In this document: piece after piece, positions 1 to 9,510 of the stretch
Position numbering within the stretch: the first letter of the stretch is position 1
Layout of the letters: each line of letters begins with the position of its first letter
From: Deinococcota bacterium
GTDB taxonomy: Bacteria > Deinococcota > Deinococci > Deinococcales > Thermaceae
Direction of reading: 5' to 3'
Length of the DNA stretch: 64,000 nt
NCBI GenBank assembly: GCA_041695225.1
Contig: JBGFRI010000003.1
Span: 32,001 to 96,000, forward strand
Position numbers and translations under genes: made by a program
The notes under the pieces: model-generated
The model's database searches: none
What the model was told of the DNA's origin: nothing
What the model saw: only the letters and a program-made list of their open reading frames with translations

Positions 1-25
1 ACCCCGCCGGTGATCAACTCTGTAG

Positions 26-706
26 CTAGAACTGCGCCAGCAGTGCCGCCGAGACCTGCGAGCACAGGGTCTCGCGCCAGTCTCCTGGCAGCTCAACCGA
101 CGCCCCGTCTTCCAGCGCAAGCGCCCTCAGCTCGAGGCGCCACTTTTTCTTCTTGGGCAGTTTGCTCCGACCCGGAAACCTGATCTCCAGGAAACCTTCC
201 GGCTGCTGGACTGCTCTGCCCCAGCCGCCCTCTACCGAAACCTGAAAACCCAGTCGGGCCAGACCCAGCAGAGCCTCCCGGTCCTCGGGCTCCAGCACCT
301 CAACCTCGCAGCTGGCCCAGACCCCGCAAGGCTGTCGCCACAGGGTACGGCCTTTAGGATCCAGCTTTAACCAGCCATCCCGGTGGATTAAAACCGCCGG
401 ATGGCCCCGATTCGGGCTGATATTGGGTACCACACGCTCAAAGGGGAGCAACCCCACCCAAGTAGAGGCCCGGACTACGTGCGCCCTGGGGGCTACCTGC
501 TCTGACCACTCGACCTGCAAGATGGAGTAATCGTAGCTGAAGCTCCCTTTGGTCCTCACTTCTGGCCGGGTAATGTACTTGGCCAGGGTGTACTCCACCA
601 TGGCTTTCTCCAAAGCTTCCCGGTCCGGCATAACAGCGGTACGAACCCGGTAGCGGCGGGCGTCTTCCACTACCAGGGCCTCGATTTCCTGCATTAGTTT
701 CTCCAT
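26..706 (-). CDS. hypothetical protein
   Basis: Long ORF; ATG at 706 is preceded by TATAGT-N7-GATAGGAGG. Confidence 0.7.
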   Translation of the reverse strand: MEKLMQEIEALVVEDARRYRVRTAVMPDREALEKAMVEYTLAKYITRPEVRTKGSFSYDYSILQVEWSEQVAPRAHVVRASTWVGLLPFERVVPNISPNRGHPAVLIHRDGWLKLDPKGRTLWRQPCGVWASCEVEVLEPEDREALLGLARLGFQVSVEGGWGRAVQQPEGFLEIRFPGRSKLPKKKKWRLELRALALEDGASVELPGDWRETLCSQVSAALLAQF

Positions 707-820
707 GCCTCCTCCTATCATGACAAACTATATCATGCTCAGGCAGGAAAAAAGCAGGAGCCGGGGAAACCCGGCTCCTGTGCTGCGCCTCCCGGTAGTT
801 CCAGCTCTACCTCGACTCTC

Positions 821-1297
821 TTACCGCCCCCGGCGATACTCCCAGGGTGGCACAAACGAACCCTGCCAGAGACCGCTGCGCTTCTGCTGGGCCCGCTGCT
901 GGCTGTCGGCATAATGCCCTTGGCTGAACCGGGCGAAGTCCAGCGCCCAGCCCTGCTCCACCAGCCAGCGGTTGATCTCCACCCCGCCTACGCTGCACAC
1001 CGCCACCATCCGGCCATGTCGGTCGGTGCTGCGCCTCTGGCAGTGTACGGTGCGCTGCCCCAGATAGTCGCTCAGGGCGAAAGCTGCCCGGCGTCCGCAG
1101 GGCCAGACCCTGCCTGCTGCGTCCAGACAGGTCTGGTTGCCTTCCGGAGCATCTATCCCCCACAGACGTATGCGCACCCCCTGGATCTCCAGGGTATCGC
1201 CGTCCACCACCGAGGCCCGGCCCCCCAGCTGACTCTGCCCGGCCACCTCACCAGGCCAGACCAGCAGGACAACCATCAGTACGAGAATTCTCAGCAT
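821..1297 (-). CDS. secreted thermonuclease (SNase-like)
   Basis: Signal peptide; VVDGDT, IRLWGIDAPE, DRHGR and GLW motifs. Confidence 0.9.
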   Translation of the reverse strand: MLRILVLMVVLLVWPGEVAGQSQLGGRASVVDGDTLEIQGVRIRLWGIDAPEGNQTCLDAAGRVWPCGRRAAFALSDYLGQRTVHCQRRSTDRHGRMVAVCSVGGVEINRWLVEQGWALDFARFSQGHYADSQQRAQQKRSGLWQGSFVPPWEYRRGR

Positions 1298-1305
1298 CAG
1301 CGTCC

Positions 1306-2175
1306 TCAGTCAGTTGCCCGGTAGCGTTCCCGAGCCGTGAGCGTCTCGATCTCCGGGGCCTGCCCCGAGAGTACCTCGCTCTGCAGAAAGGCTACCTCCG
1401 CCTCCTGCTCCTCCGCTCCTACCTCTTTCCACCAGCAACGGGCCTCTCCGTCCCACCGATACTGCCGGCTCTTAAGCAGATCTTTAGCCGCAAAGGGCGC
1501 CCCAACTGCCCGCAGCCGGTAACTGGGTTTGCGGGCACTATCCAGCAGGGCAGCCAGGGTCGTGGCTCCGGTCCCGGGTAGGAGCTGGGCCAGCAGATGT
1601 ACAGCTACACGGCAATCATCAAGGGCTCGGTGACCGTTGTAAAAAAAGCCATAGCGATACGCCAGGAACTCCAGTTTGGAGCTTTCCAGACCAGACTCCT
1701 GCCACGGCACCTCACGCTGACTGCAGGCCCACGGCTTAGCCGCCAGACCTAGCCGGCCTTCAACAAACGGCCGATCAAAAGCAGCGTTGTGGGCGATGAT
1801 CAGATCAGCCTGGCCCAGTAGCTGTTCAAGCCGGGCTTTGTCAAGCCGCTGACCACGAACCATCTCATCGGTGATCCCGGTGAGCTGCGTGATACGAGAT
1901 GGAATAGGACTGCCCGGATCCTCAAAGCCAGAGTATTCGTCCTCGACCCGTACTACCTGGCCGTCCGGGGTATAGGCAAAAAGCACTGCCCCGAGTTCAA
2001 TTACCGCGTTACGACGCGGATCCAGCCCCGTAGTCTCTACATCAATGAAAACCGCTTTGCGCAGGGTATCACCCTCTACTAAAGCGTAGTATTCCTGACG
2101 GGGAACAAACTGCTCGAGCACCCGGTAGCGCCCGCTATCTACAAGGATTTTTCGGTAGTGCTCGTAGTCGTGCAT
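1306..2175 (-). CDS. DEDDh 3'-5' exonuclease (DNA pol III epsilon-like)
   Basis: IDVETTG, AHNAAFD and HRALDD motifs. Confidence 0.9.
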   Translation of the reverse strand: MHDYEHYRKILVDSGRYRVLEQFVPRQEYYALVEGDTLRKAVFIDVETTGLDPRRNAVIELGAVLFAYTPDGQVVRVEDEYSGFEDPGSPIPSRITQLTGITDEMVRGQRLDKARLEQLLGQADLIIAHNAAFDRPFVEGRLGLAAKPWACSQREVPWQESGLESSKLEFLAYRYGFFYNGHRALDDCRVAVHLLAQLLPGTGATTLAALLDSARKPSYRLRAVGAPFAAKDLLKSRQYRWDGEARCWWKEVGAEEQEAEVAFLQSEVLSGQAPEIETLTARERYRATD

Positions 2176-2262
2176 ACAGATATTATATCTCCTATCGGGA
2201 AATAGTATATCATAAACTCTTTTGGATTTATATATATAATGGGATGCGATAGGAGGTTATGT

Positions 2263-3381
2263 ATGAATGCAGAGAACCAAGCAGCTGGCCTGGCCCTCGC
2301 GGCCAACATCCCCGTCCACCTGGTGGGCATTCCGGGGGTGGGAAAAACTGAGTTGGCGAAAGCCCTGACCGCCCGGCTGGGTCTCCACCTGGAGACTCTG
2401 ATCGCCTCGGTGCGGGACCGCACCGACTTCGGCGGGCTGCCCTACCCCGCCGACGGCCAGGTGAAGCTCCTTCACCTGCCCTGGGTGGAGCGGTTGATTC
2501 GGGCTCCCCAGGGTGCCCTGCTCTTCCTCGATGAGCTGGGCACGGCGCCGGCGGACGTGCGCCCCGCCCTGCTCCGGGTCATCCTGGAGCGGGTAGTGGG
2601 GGACACCCAACTAGACCCAACCCGGGTCCAGTTGATGGCAGCCTCCAACCCCTCGGAGCTGGGAGAAGGCGAGGGACCGGAAAGCTGGTCACTGGCTCTA
2701 AAAACCCGGATGTGCCACATCCGGTACCCAGCCCCCCCAGCAGAGACATTCGCCGATGCCCAGATCAGAGGCTGGGGGGACCCGCTGGGGGGAATGGAGC
2801 TTCCCTCCCGGAAGGCAGTGGAGGCTGCCCTACCAGAAGCAAAGGCTCTGGTAGCGGCGTTTATCCGCCGCCATCCTGAGGCCCTGGCTCCACTTCCCAA
2901 CCCAGGGCAGGAGGTCTGGGGCTGGGCCAACCCCAGGACCTGGCAGGACTTCGGCGGCCGGGCCCTGGCTGCCTGGACGGCTCTGGGCCGGCCGGAGAAC
3001 TTGCGGGAGGTGCTCCACATAGTCCTGGTGGGCTGCCTGGGCCCCTACGGCGAGACCTTCGCCGCCTGGGTCAAGGAACAGACTCTACCAGATCCGGAGG
3101 AGATCCTGCGGGATCCGGAACGGTTCCCGCTGCCCGACCGCGTGGACATCCTCCACGTCGTAGTGGGCAGCGTGGCCGCGGCTGCCATCCGCCAGCCCAC
3201 CCCGGCCCGCTGGGAGGCGGCCTGGACCTTCATCCGGCGCCTCCCCCAGGACATGGGCATCCTGGGGGCCAGGAGCCTGGCCCTGGCCTACCAGGAGGGG
3301 ACCTGGAAGGGCCTGCAGATTCCACCCTGGATTAAGGACTTCCTGGACATCCTGAACCAGGTGGAAAAGGCAAAGGCGTAA
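2263..3381 (+). CDS. MoxR-like AAA+ ATPase (AAA_5)
   Basis: GIPGVGKT Walker A, LFLDE Walker B, AASNP and NPRTW motifs. Confidence 0.85.
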   Translation: MNAENQAAGLALAANIPVHLVGIPGVGKTELAKALTARLGLHLETLIASVRDRTDFGGLPYPADGQVKLLHLPWVERLIRAPQGALLFLDELGTAPADVRPALLRVILERVVGDTQLDPTRVQLMAASNPSELGEGEGPESWSLALKTRMCHIRYPAPPAETFADAQIRGWGDPLGGMELPSRKAVEAALPEAKALVAAFIRRHPEALAPLPNPGQEVWGWANPRTWQDFGGRALAAWTALGRPENLREVLHIVLVGCLGPYGETFAAWVKEQTLPDPEEILRDPERFPLPDRVDILHVVVGSVAAAAIRQPTPARWEAAWTFIRRLPQDMGILGARSLALAYQEGTWKGLQIPPWIKDFLDILNQVEKAKA

Positions 3382-3416
3382 AAAAAAGGGGGGGTTATCC
3401 CCCCCTACTTCTTTTT
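3382..3416. terminator. bidirectional intrinsic terminator
   Basis: A-run, G-run/C-run stem around TTAT and T-rich tail between convergent genes. Confidence 0.6.
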
Positions 3417-3861
3417 AAATTCGTCGCAGTGGAATCCCGTCCAGTGCCAGATGCGCCCACTGCGACAGATAATAACCCAGTAGAGCGCCCCACAGGGCTG
3501 CTGCCGGAGGCAGCAGCCCAAACTGCGCCAGCCCCCACCACAGCAGCAGGCCCAGAGGGCCCAGGTAGACCAGCCGGGTCAGCGGCCCTAACAGCCAGTT
3601 GTGGGAGATGCCCCGGTGACGAAAAAGGAGCCCGTAAAAAACCCAGATAAATCCCAGCCGGCCCCAGCTTTGCACCGCACTGGTGCGGCGGTGCGGGTAG
3701 TAGTCCACATCCGGATTCACAAAGAAAGTGCCGGCCAGATAACCGATGGCTGCTCCCTGCCAGAAAGGCTGTTCCCAGGCAACTCCAATCAGGGTTCCCA
3801 GCAGGGCGCCTGCCCCGCCGAGCAGCAGGTTGAAGCGTTCGTGAACTACTCCTTCAGGCAC
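3415..3861 (-). CDS. DUF2227-like metal-binding membrane protein
   Basis: MPEGxxH start, PDVD, HRGISH and HLALD motifs, TM segments. Confidence 0.8.
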   Translation of the reverse strand: MPEGVVHERFNLLLGGAGALLGTLIGVAWEQPFWQGAAIGYLAGTFFVNPDVDYYPHRRTSAVQSWGRLGFIWVFYGLLFRHRGISHNWLLGPLTRLVYLGPLGLLLWWGLAQFGLLPPAAALWGALLGYYLSQWAHLALDGIPLRRI

Positions 3862-4201
3862 AGGATACCGCCACCAACTGGTCGTGGATGGTTTCCCAGC
3901 TCTTTCCCTGGCTACGGGCCACCACTACCTCCCTGATTACATCGGCGTGGCAGGCCTCCGGCGCACACCAGCAGGCCAGGGCCAGAGCCATCTCCCCCTT
4001 TAGGAGTTCAGCCAAATGCTCCAACGCCAGCCGCTGCGGACTATCCAGCAGAAGTTTCTCGGCAAGCCAGTAGCGATATTTCTCGATAACCTTCTCCCGC
4101 TCCCCAGCTACCCCTATCTGAAAAGGATTGCCCAGAACGGTAGGACGGCCGACGTAAAAACCGTTTTTCTGGCTGCGCTGGTTAACTACCAGAACTTGCA
4201 T
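3854..4201 (-). CDS. DUF4326 family protein
   Basis: YVGRPTVLGNPF and LACWCAPEACHADV motifs. Confidence 0.85.
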   Translation of the reverse strand: MQVLVVNQRSQKNGFYVGRPTVLGNPFQIGVAGEREKVIEKYRYWLAEKLLLDSPQRLALEHLAELLKGEMALALACWCAPEACHADVIREVVVARSQGKSWETIHDQLVAVSCA

Positions 4202-4760
4202 GGTGGAACTCCCTGACCTGGCCGTGGGATTGATGCTCAAACACCTTTTGTTTTCTCGTATAGTATTTAGGAGCACTCACGCCTGCCAGGCGGCTGATAC
4301 GCCTGAAACTCAAAGGCTCGGATACAGCAGCACCCTGTAACCAGTCCGCCATATACTCGAACCTCTCCTTAGCCGAACCGTATGACTGAACCAGGATATG
4401 CTCTTGCTGCTGGCGCATCTGCTTTGCCAGGAATACCAGCAGCTGCCTGAGCACCTCTGGACTGCGGGCATAACCCTGCCAGGTACCAGCATCCCAGAAC
4501 AGCAGATGCGCTTCCTGCCAGACCTCAGCCTGCCTCGAGGCGGGCTGGCCATCCAGCAATGCCGGATCGAGAACCCACTCGCCAGGTCCCACCAGCCCTA
4601 CTGGGCACTTGTGGTCAACGCGATCCCGGTAGAGCCCGACCAGGCCAGTCTCTACCAGGTAAAGTCCCGGAATCTCCTGTCCCTGATCCCAGAGAAGCTC
4701 TTTCGCTGCAACCTTCCGACTGCGGCCTTCACCTATGAAACGGCCCCACAACGCACTCAT
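4182..4760 (-). CDS. Crp/Fnr-family cNMP-binding regulator (divergent)
   Basis: LYLVETGLV, LVGPGEW beta-roll, AKERF helix and C-terminal HTH-like RISRLAGVS. Confidence 0.7.
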   Translation of the reverse strand: MSALWGRFIGEGRSRKVAAKELLWDQGQEIPGLYLVETGLVGLYRDRVDHKCPVGLVGPGEWVLDPALLDGQPASRQAEVWQEAHLLFWDAGTWQGYARSPEVLRQLLVFLAKQMRQQQEHILVQSYGSAKERFEYMADWLQGAAVSEPLSFRRISRLAGVSAPKYYTRKQKVFEHQSHGQVREFHHASSGS

Positions 4761-4768
4761 AGGCTTTT

Positions 4769-5176
4769 CTAGGATGCAGCCTGCAGCTGGCCAGAAACAC
4801 TCAAGGAGTCGCTTACGAACTCCACTCCATCCAGGCTGCCCCGCACTACTGCGCCGTCCCAGCGTCCGACATAGAGCGCAACTGGCTTTCCCCAGTGCAG
4901 CTCGTAATCGGCCAGGTAAGCCAGGTCCGCCTCATAGATCTGATCGGAAGATCCCCGGGCCCGCAGATCCTGCAGAAGCAGCCGGGGTGGATCCAGGATG
5001 ATGGGCTCATTTACCAGCCACATCATGAAATCAGGACCGGATTTACGGGCAAAGCTCTGCTCGGCCTCAGCTATCAGGCCCCGGTAGTACCGCATGGAGC
5101 TAAGGAGCAAAACCCCCTCACGCCCGTCTCGAAAAACAGCCCGGGTTGCCGCTTGATGGTTCAGGATCACTGACAT
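4769..5176 (-). CDS. hypothetical protein
   Basis: ORF with TATAGGAGG RBS before ATG at 5176. Confidence 0.6.
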   Translation of the reverse strand: MSVILNHQAATRAVFRDGREGVLLLSSMRYYRGLIAEAEQSFARKSGPDFMMWLVNEPIILDPPRLLLQDLRARGSSDQIYEADLAYLADYELHWGKPVALYVGRWDGAVVRGSLDGVEFVSDSLSVSGQLQAAS

Positions 5177-5440
5177 GTAGCCTCCTATACGACTTAGATA
5201 TATCATTATTTCAGCCAGCCTGCAAGTACCCTTGACTGAAATACTCATCTGTGCTACGCTTCAATCAAGCCGCTGGAGGTAGCGGCCCGTTACTCCGAAA
5301 GGAGAACCTCCTATCACAAGCAGGCACCCCTGAATTGGGGTGCCTGCTTGCTTGTACTGCAACTAACCCTCCCTGACAGAGCGGGGCGGGAGACCCTACC
5401 TCGCTTTTTGCTATACTGAACCCTGATAGGAGGTTAATAT

Positions 5441-7396
5441 ATGGACCCATCAAAACACCTAGACGGTCCAGCCCTGGTTTTTGCAGGGGCTGGCGCAGGC
5501 AAGACCCGGAACCTGATCCACCGGGTCAGAAACCTGGTAGAGGGAGGGGTTGATCCCCACAGCATCACCCTGATCACCTTTACCAACAAGGCGGCTGGGG
5601 AGATGCGCTCCCGGCTGGTAGGTCTGGTGGAAGAGCCCCAGGCTGAGGCAGTCTGGGTGGGCACCTTTCACCGCTTCTGCCTCCAGGCCCTGACGGTCTA
5701 TGGGGCAGAGATCGGTCTGGGGAGCTTCGCGTTGCTGGACACCTCCAGCCAGCAGCGGCTGGCCGAGCGCCTGATAAAGGAGATCTTCCTGGAAGGGAAG
5801 GGTAAGCCGAAGGGCTTTACCGCCCAGGCCGCCCTGTCAGCGGCCTCGCGGGCAGCCAATAGCCGCTGGGATGACCTCCAGCTGGCTACCATGTACGCAG
5901 ACCTGACAGAGAAAATTGTCTCTTTCAGGTATGCCTACATAGATGCCAAAAAGGAGCTGGGGGTCCTCGACTATGATGACCTCTTGCTCCAGGGTATCCG
6001 GCTGTTCAAGCTCTCCCAGAAGGCGGCCGGGATGGCCCGCCGGCGCTGCATCTACCTGATGGTGGATGAGTTCCAGGACACTAACACCGTCCAGTTAGAA
6101 CTCATCCAGAGCCTGGCCCCGGGAGCCAGCCCCAACCTGATGGTGGTGGGCGACCCCGACCAGTCGATCTATGGCTGGCGGGGTGCAGACTACCGCACCA
6201 TCCTCAACTTCCAGAGGATCTACCCCACCGCCCAGGTCTACGGCCTCTACACCAACTACCGCTCCACAGCGGCAGTGGTGGAGTTGGCAAACCGGGTAAT
6301 CCAGGGCAACCGGGAACGCAAACCCGGGGTCCAGACTGCCCACCACCCAGGAGGTGAGGAACCGGTGTTGATGGCCGCAGGTGATCGCGCAGCTGAAGCC
6401 CAGTTCGTGGCTCAGGCCGTGGACTACTACCACCGCCAGGGAATCCCCTATGAGGAGATGGCCGTCTTAATGCGGGCCAACTTCCTCAGCCTGGACGTGG
6501 AGCAGGCCTTCCGCAGCCGGAAGATCCCCTACCGCTTCAGCGGCGGGCAGAGCTTCTTCGACCGAGCGGAGGTGCGACTCGCCATGGCTGTACTCAGGGT
6601 TCTGATCAGCCCTGCCGATGTCCTGAGCATCGGCCACCTGGTGGAGGAGTTGGTGGAAGGGGCCGGCTCTGTCGGGATAGAGAAGGTGCTTCAGCGAGGC
6701 AAGGAACAGGGTCTCTCCCCGCTGGAAAGCCTGCAGGATCCTGAGGCCCTTAAAGGGCTACGAGGGGAGGCCACCCGGAAAGGAGCCCAGGAGCTGGGCC
6801 GTGTGCTCAGCGCCCAGGCCCTCCTGCTTCAGGATCCAGCCAGGGTAGACCAGGTGCTTCAGGACACCCTGGAAGCCCTGCCGGTAGATGCCTGGCTGAA
6901 AAAGCAGGCCCAGGGCTCGGAGGAAAACCTGCTGGTGCGCCGGAAGAACCGGGACCGCTTCCTGGAAGTGGTGAGAGCCTGGCAGGAGAGCAACTCCGAG
7001 GCGCCGCTGAGCGAGCTGCTGGCCAGCCTGGTGCTGGAGGCCCTGGAGAAAGAGCCCGAGCAGAAGGGGATTTACGTGATGACTATCCATGCCTCCAAGG
7101 GCATGGAGTTTCGCGTAACCTTCGTGGTCGGCCTGAACGAGGGTGTGTTCCCTCTGCAAAAGGCCACCAACGACCTCCAGCAGCTCGAAGAGGAGCGCCG
7201 GCTCTTCTACGTTGCCATAACCCGGGCTAAGGAGTACCTCCATCTCAGTTGTGCTGAGAAGGGTTTCCGCGGAGACTGGCAGCGGCCGTCCCTCTTTTGC
7301 CAGGAGGCCCGGCTGGAGATCATGAAATACGATCCCCGGCTGGGTTTCCACGGCACCGAGACCAACCAGGCCCTGACCGGCCTGCTGAATCTCTAG
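5441..7396 (+). CDS. UvrD/PcrA-like SF1 DNA helicase
   Basis: AGAGAGKT, VDEFQD, VGDPDQSIY, NYRS, TIHASKGMEF and EEERRLFYVAITRA motifs. Confidence 0.95.
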   Translation: MDPSKHLDGPALVFAGAGAGKTRNLIHRVRNLVEGGVDPHSITLITFTNKAAGEMRSRLVGLVEEPQAEAVWVGTFHRFCLQALTVYGAEIGLGSFALLDTSSQQRLAERLIKEIFLEGKGKPKGFTAQAALSAASRAANSRWDDLQLATMYADLTEKIVSFRYAYIDAKKELGVLDYDDLLLQGIRLFKLSQKAAGMARRRCIYLMVDEFQDTNTVQLELIQSLAPGASPNLMVVGDPDQSIYGWRGADYRTILNFQRIYPTAQVYGLYTNYRSTAAVVELANRVIQGNRERKPGVQTAHHPGGEEPVLMAAGDRAAEAQFVAQAVDYYHRQGIPYEEMAVLMRANFLSLDVEQAFRSRKIPYRFSGGQSFFDRAEVRLAMAVLRVLISPADVLSIGHLVEELVEGAGSVGIEKVLQRGKEQGLSPLESLQDPEALKGLRGEATRKGAQELGRVLSAQALLLQDPARVDQVLQDTLEALPVDAWLKKQAQGSEENLLVRRKNRDRFLEVVRAWQESNSEAPLSELLASLVLEALEKEPEQKGIYVMTIHASKGMEFRVTFVVGLNEGVFPLQKATNDLQQLEEERRLFYVAITRAKEYLHLSCAEKGFRGDWQRPSLFCQEARLEIMKYDPRLGFHGTETNQALTGLLNL

Positions 7397-7465
7397 GCAC
7401 AGACTCTCACAGACTCCCCGGTTTTTACCGGGGAGTTGCTTTTGCCTGTGGCATCATAAGCAGGT

Positions 7466-7783
7466 ATGGATAAGCTGTCGTTCTGGCAAAGATTTTTTAC
7501 CGATACCAACGGCGATCTGATCAAGGAGATGATCCACAGCATCAAGGCTGCTGAGGCCCAGCAGTTGTACGAGGAAGGAACAGCCCTGCGCTACATTCTC
7601 GAACAGGCCGGCCCACTCGACGTACTGGACTATCTGGGAAAAGATGCTGTTCACGCAGTGCTGTACCGGAACGGTCAGCCCTGCCTGGAAGGCGAGCTGA
7701 TCGAGATCGCTCTCTTCCTGGAGGAGCTGGATGATTTATCTGGCTATGTTGTAACGGCAGCCCCGCTTCCGAAATCGGCATAG
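7466..7783 (+). CDS. hypothetical protein
   Basis: ORF co-directional with the uvrD-like gene, plausible composition. Confidence 0.55.
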   Translation: MDKLSFWQRFFTDTNGDLIKEMIHSIKAAEAQQLYEEGTALRYILEQAGPLDVLDYLGKDAVHAVLYRNGQPCLEGELIEIALFLEELDDLSGYVVTAAPLPKSA

Positions 7784-7826
7784 TGTGTGGTAAACTTCGC
7801 CACGACACGGATCGAAGGAGGAGTGT

Positions 7827-8168
7827 ATGGACAAGTTTGCAGTGAGCAGTTTCGGCTGGGGTAGTCTAGAAAACAGCTACGTGGGAGTCACTGATGAGCG
7901 TAACCAGGTAGTCTGCCTGGTAAGCCCGCTGGCTGCAGAGATGGATCAAACCGATCTGGAACGCGCCGAGCGCATCCGCCTGGCCCTTGAGCTGACCGAT
8001 GAAATCCCCATCGATCTCCTGCGGGAGATCCACCAGCGCCAGTTCGATGTCGAGCAGCGGGCCGAGATCCTGCGCTGTCTGCGCGTAACCTGGTATAGCT
8101 CCCAGCGGATCAACCGGCTGCCTCTGCGGCACATCCAGCCAGCTGAGAACGAGAAAGGCTCTCTTTAA
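7827..8168 (+). CDS. hypothetical protein
   Basis: AAGGAGGAG RBS and ORF. Confidence 0.6.
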   Translation: MDKFAVSSFGWGSLENSYVGVTDERNQVVCLVSPLAAEMDQTDLERAERIRLALELTDEIPIDLLREIHQRQFDVEQRAEILRCLRVTWYSSQRINRLPLRHIQPAENEKGSL

Positions 8169-8181
8169 CCAACTCCCAACT

Positions 8182-8679
8182 CTACCTAACCAGCCCCACC
8201 GGGCTGGTTGTTTCTTTCTGCAGCGCCCGCATATACTCGTAAGCCAGATGGTGGATAGGGCCCAGCCGGCTGCGGGCCACCCAGCGTACCCGCACCCACT
8301 CAAATCCGCCCCTGAAACCGTAGTAAAGCGCCCATAACGGCAGGTCCAGCTCCTGGCGGGAGGTAAGGGCATCAATGCCGCTGGCATTCAGAGCCCGCAC
8401 CAGGGTCTGGGCGTCAGTGCGGATCAGTACCTGCCGGTGCCCTGCCAGCCGGGCCTGGTACAGCCCCTGTATTACCGCAATCAGCTCAGCCCGGTGGGGA
8501 TGCACCCAGCCCTCGAGCCGGGGCAGGGCCAGGGCCTGTGCTGAGCCATGGCCGTCCCGATGATTCCACCCCACCAGGGTGCGCTTGGCCTGGCCGGTGC
8601 GTCCCAGGGCCAGTGCCCAGACCGCGTACTGGCTGGCCTCTCCCGCCAGCACAGAACCATCGGTCCAGAGCGTAATCAT
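8182..8679 (-). CDS. RNase H-like protein
   Basis: LWTDGS, RAELIAV, IRTDAQ and VRWVAR motifs. Confidence 0.7.
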   Translation of the reverse strand: MITLWTDGSVLAGEASQYAVWALALGRTGQAKRTLVGWNHRDGHGSAQALALPRLEGWVHPHRAELIAVIQGLYQARLAGHRQVLIRTDAQTLVRALNASGIDALTSRQELDLPLWALYYGFRGGFEWVRVRWVARSRLGPIHHLAYEYMRALQKETTSPVGLVR

Positions 8680-8767
8680 CCAGGTACCTTACCAACAACT
8701 ATTCCTGTTTGGCGGTTATACTGCACCACACACTTATGATATGTTATTTAGCGATAGGAGGTATAAG

Positions 8768-9247
8768 ATGATGATAGCTTTCGGAAAGGGGCTGGTTGAA
8801 CTCGAGCAGCCAGCCCTCGAACTCTCCCTAAAAGACCTGGCCCAGGCCCTTTCCCGGATCCATCGCTGGAACGGGAACAGCCCCATCACCGTGGCCCAGC
8901 ACTCGGTGATGGCAAGTTACCTGGCGCGGGGCTTTCCCCGCGAAGCCCTGCTGCACGATGCAGCAGAGGCCCTAATAGGGGATCTGGCCACCCCGCTAAA
9001 GGCCCTGGCCCCGGAACTGCTGGCCCTGGAGAACCGGGTGCTGGAACGGATCTTCCGGGCGCATCGGCTTATCTGGCCGGTCCCGGTAGAGGTCAAGTGG
9101 GTAGACAGCCGGCTGGCGGCCACCGAGGGTCGGGACTTCTTTGGCCTGAACGGGGAGGTCCGGCCCTATCCCCTGGCTATACAGGCCTGGGGGCCGGAGC
9201 AAGCCCGGACCCGGTTCCTCGAGCGAGCCTACCGGCTGGGCCTGTAA
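8768..9247 (+). CDS. HD-domain phosphohydrolase (YfbR/YfdR-like)
   Basis: RWNG, VAQHS and LLHDAAEA..GD motifs. Confidence 0.8.
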   Translation: MMIAFGKGLVELEQPALELSLKDLAQALSRIHRWNGNSPITVAQHSVMASYLARGFPREALLHDAAEALIGDLATPLKALAPELLALENRVLERIFRAHRLIWPVPVEVKWVDSRLAATEGRDFFGLNGEVRPYPLAIQAWGPEQARTRFLERAYRLGL

Positions 9248-9510
9248 CCACAGGAAAAACAAGGGGGGCGCCGCCCCCCTTAATGTTTTAAGGTCTCAGC
9301 TCCCGGCCCGAGGCAAAGGCCGGCCCAAGCTGCATAATCTCCGCCAGCAGTCCCATAGCGGGACGGGGCAGTTCAATGACTTGAATATCGCCGCTGGCCT
9401 CCACACCCGGACCCAGCAAAAGGTAGCCATGGCGCAGGCCTTCTACCAGCAACATTCCCCCAGCAATCCTGCTGCCCACATCGCTGACCCGGCCCTGACT
9501 CTCCCCACGC

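Noticed and set aside
4182..4760. Crp-like protein as a CooA-type CO sensor paired with HypX
   Set aside because: No recognisable CooA heme-ligand pattern, and the genes are 33 kb apart.
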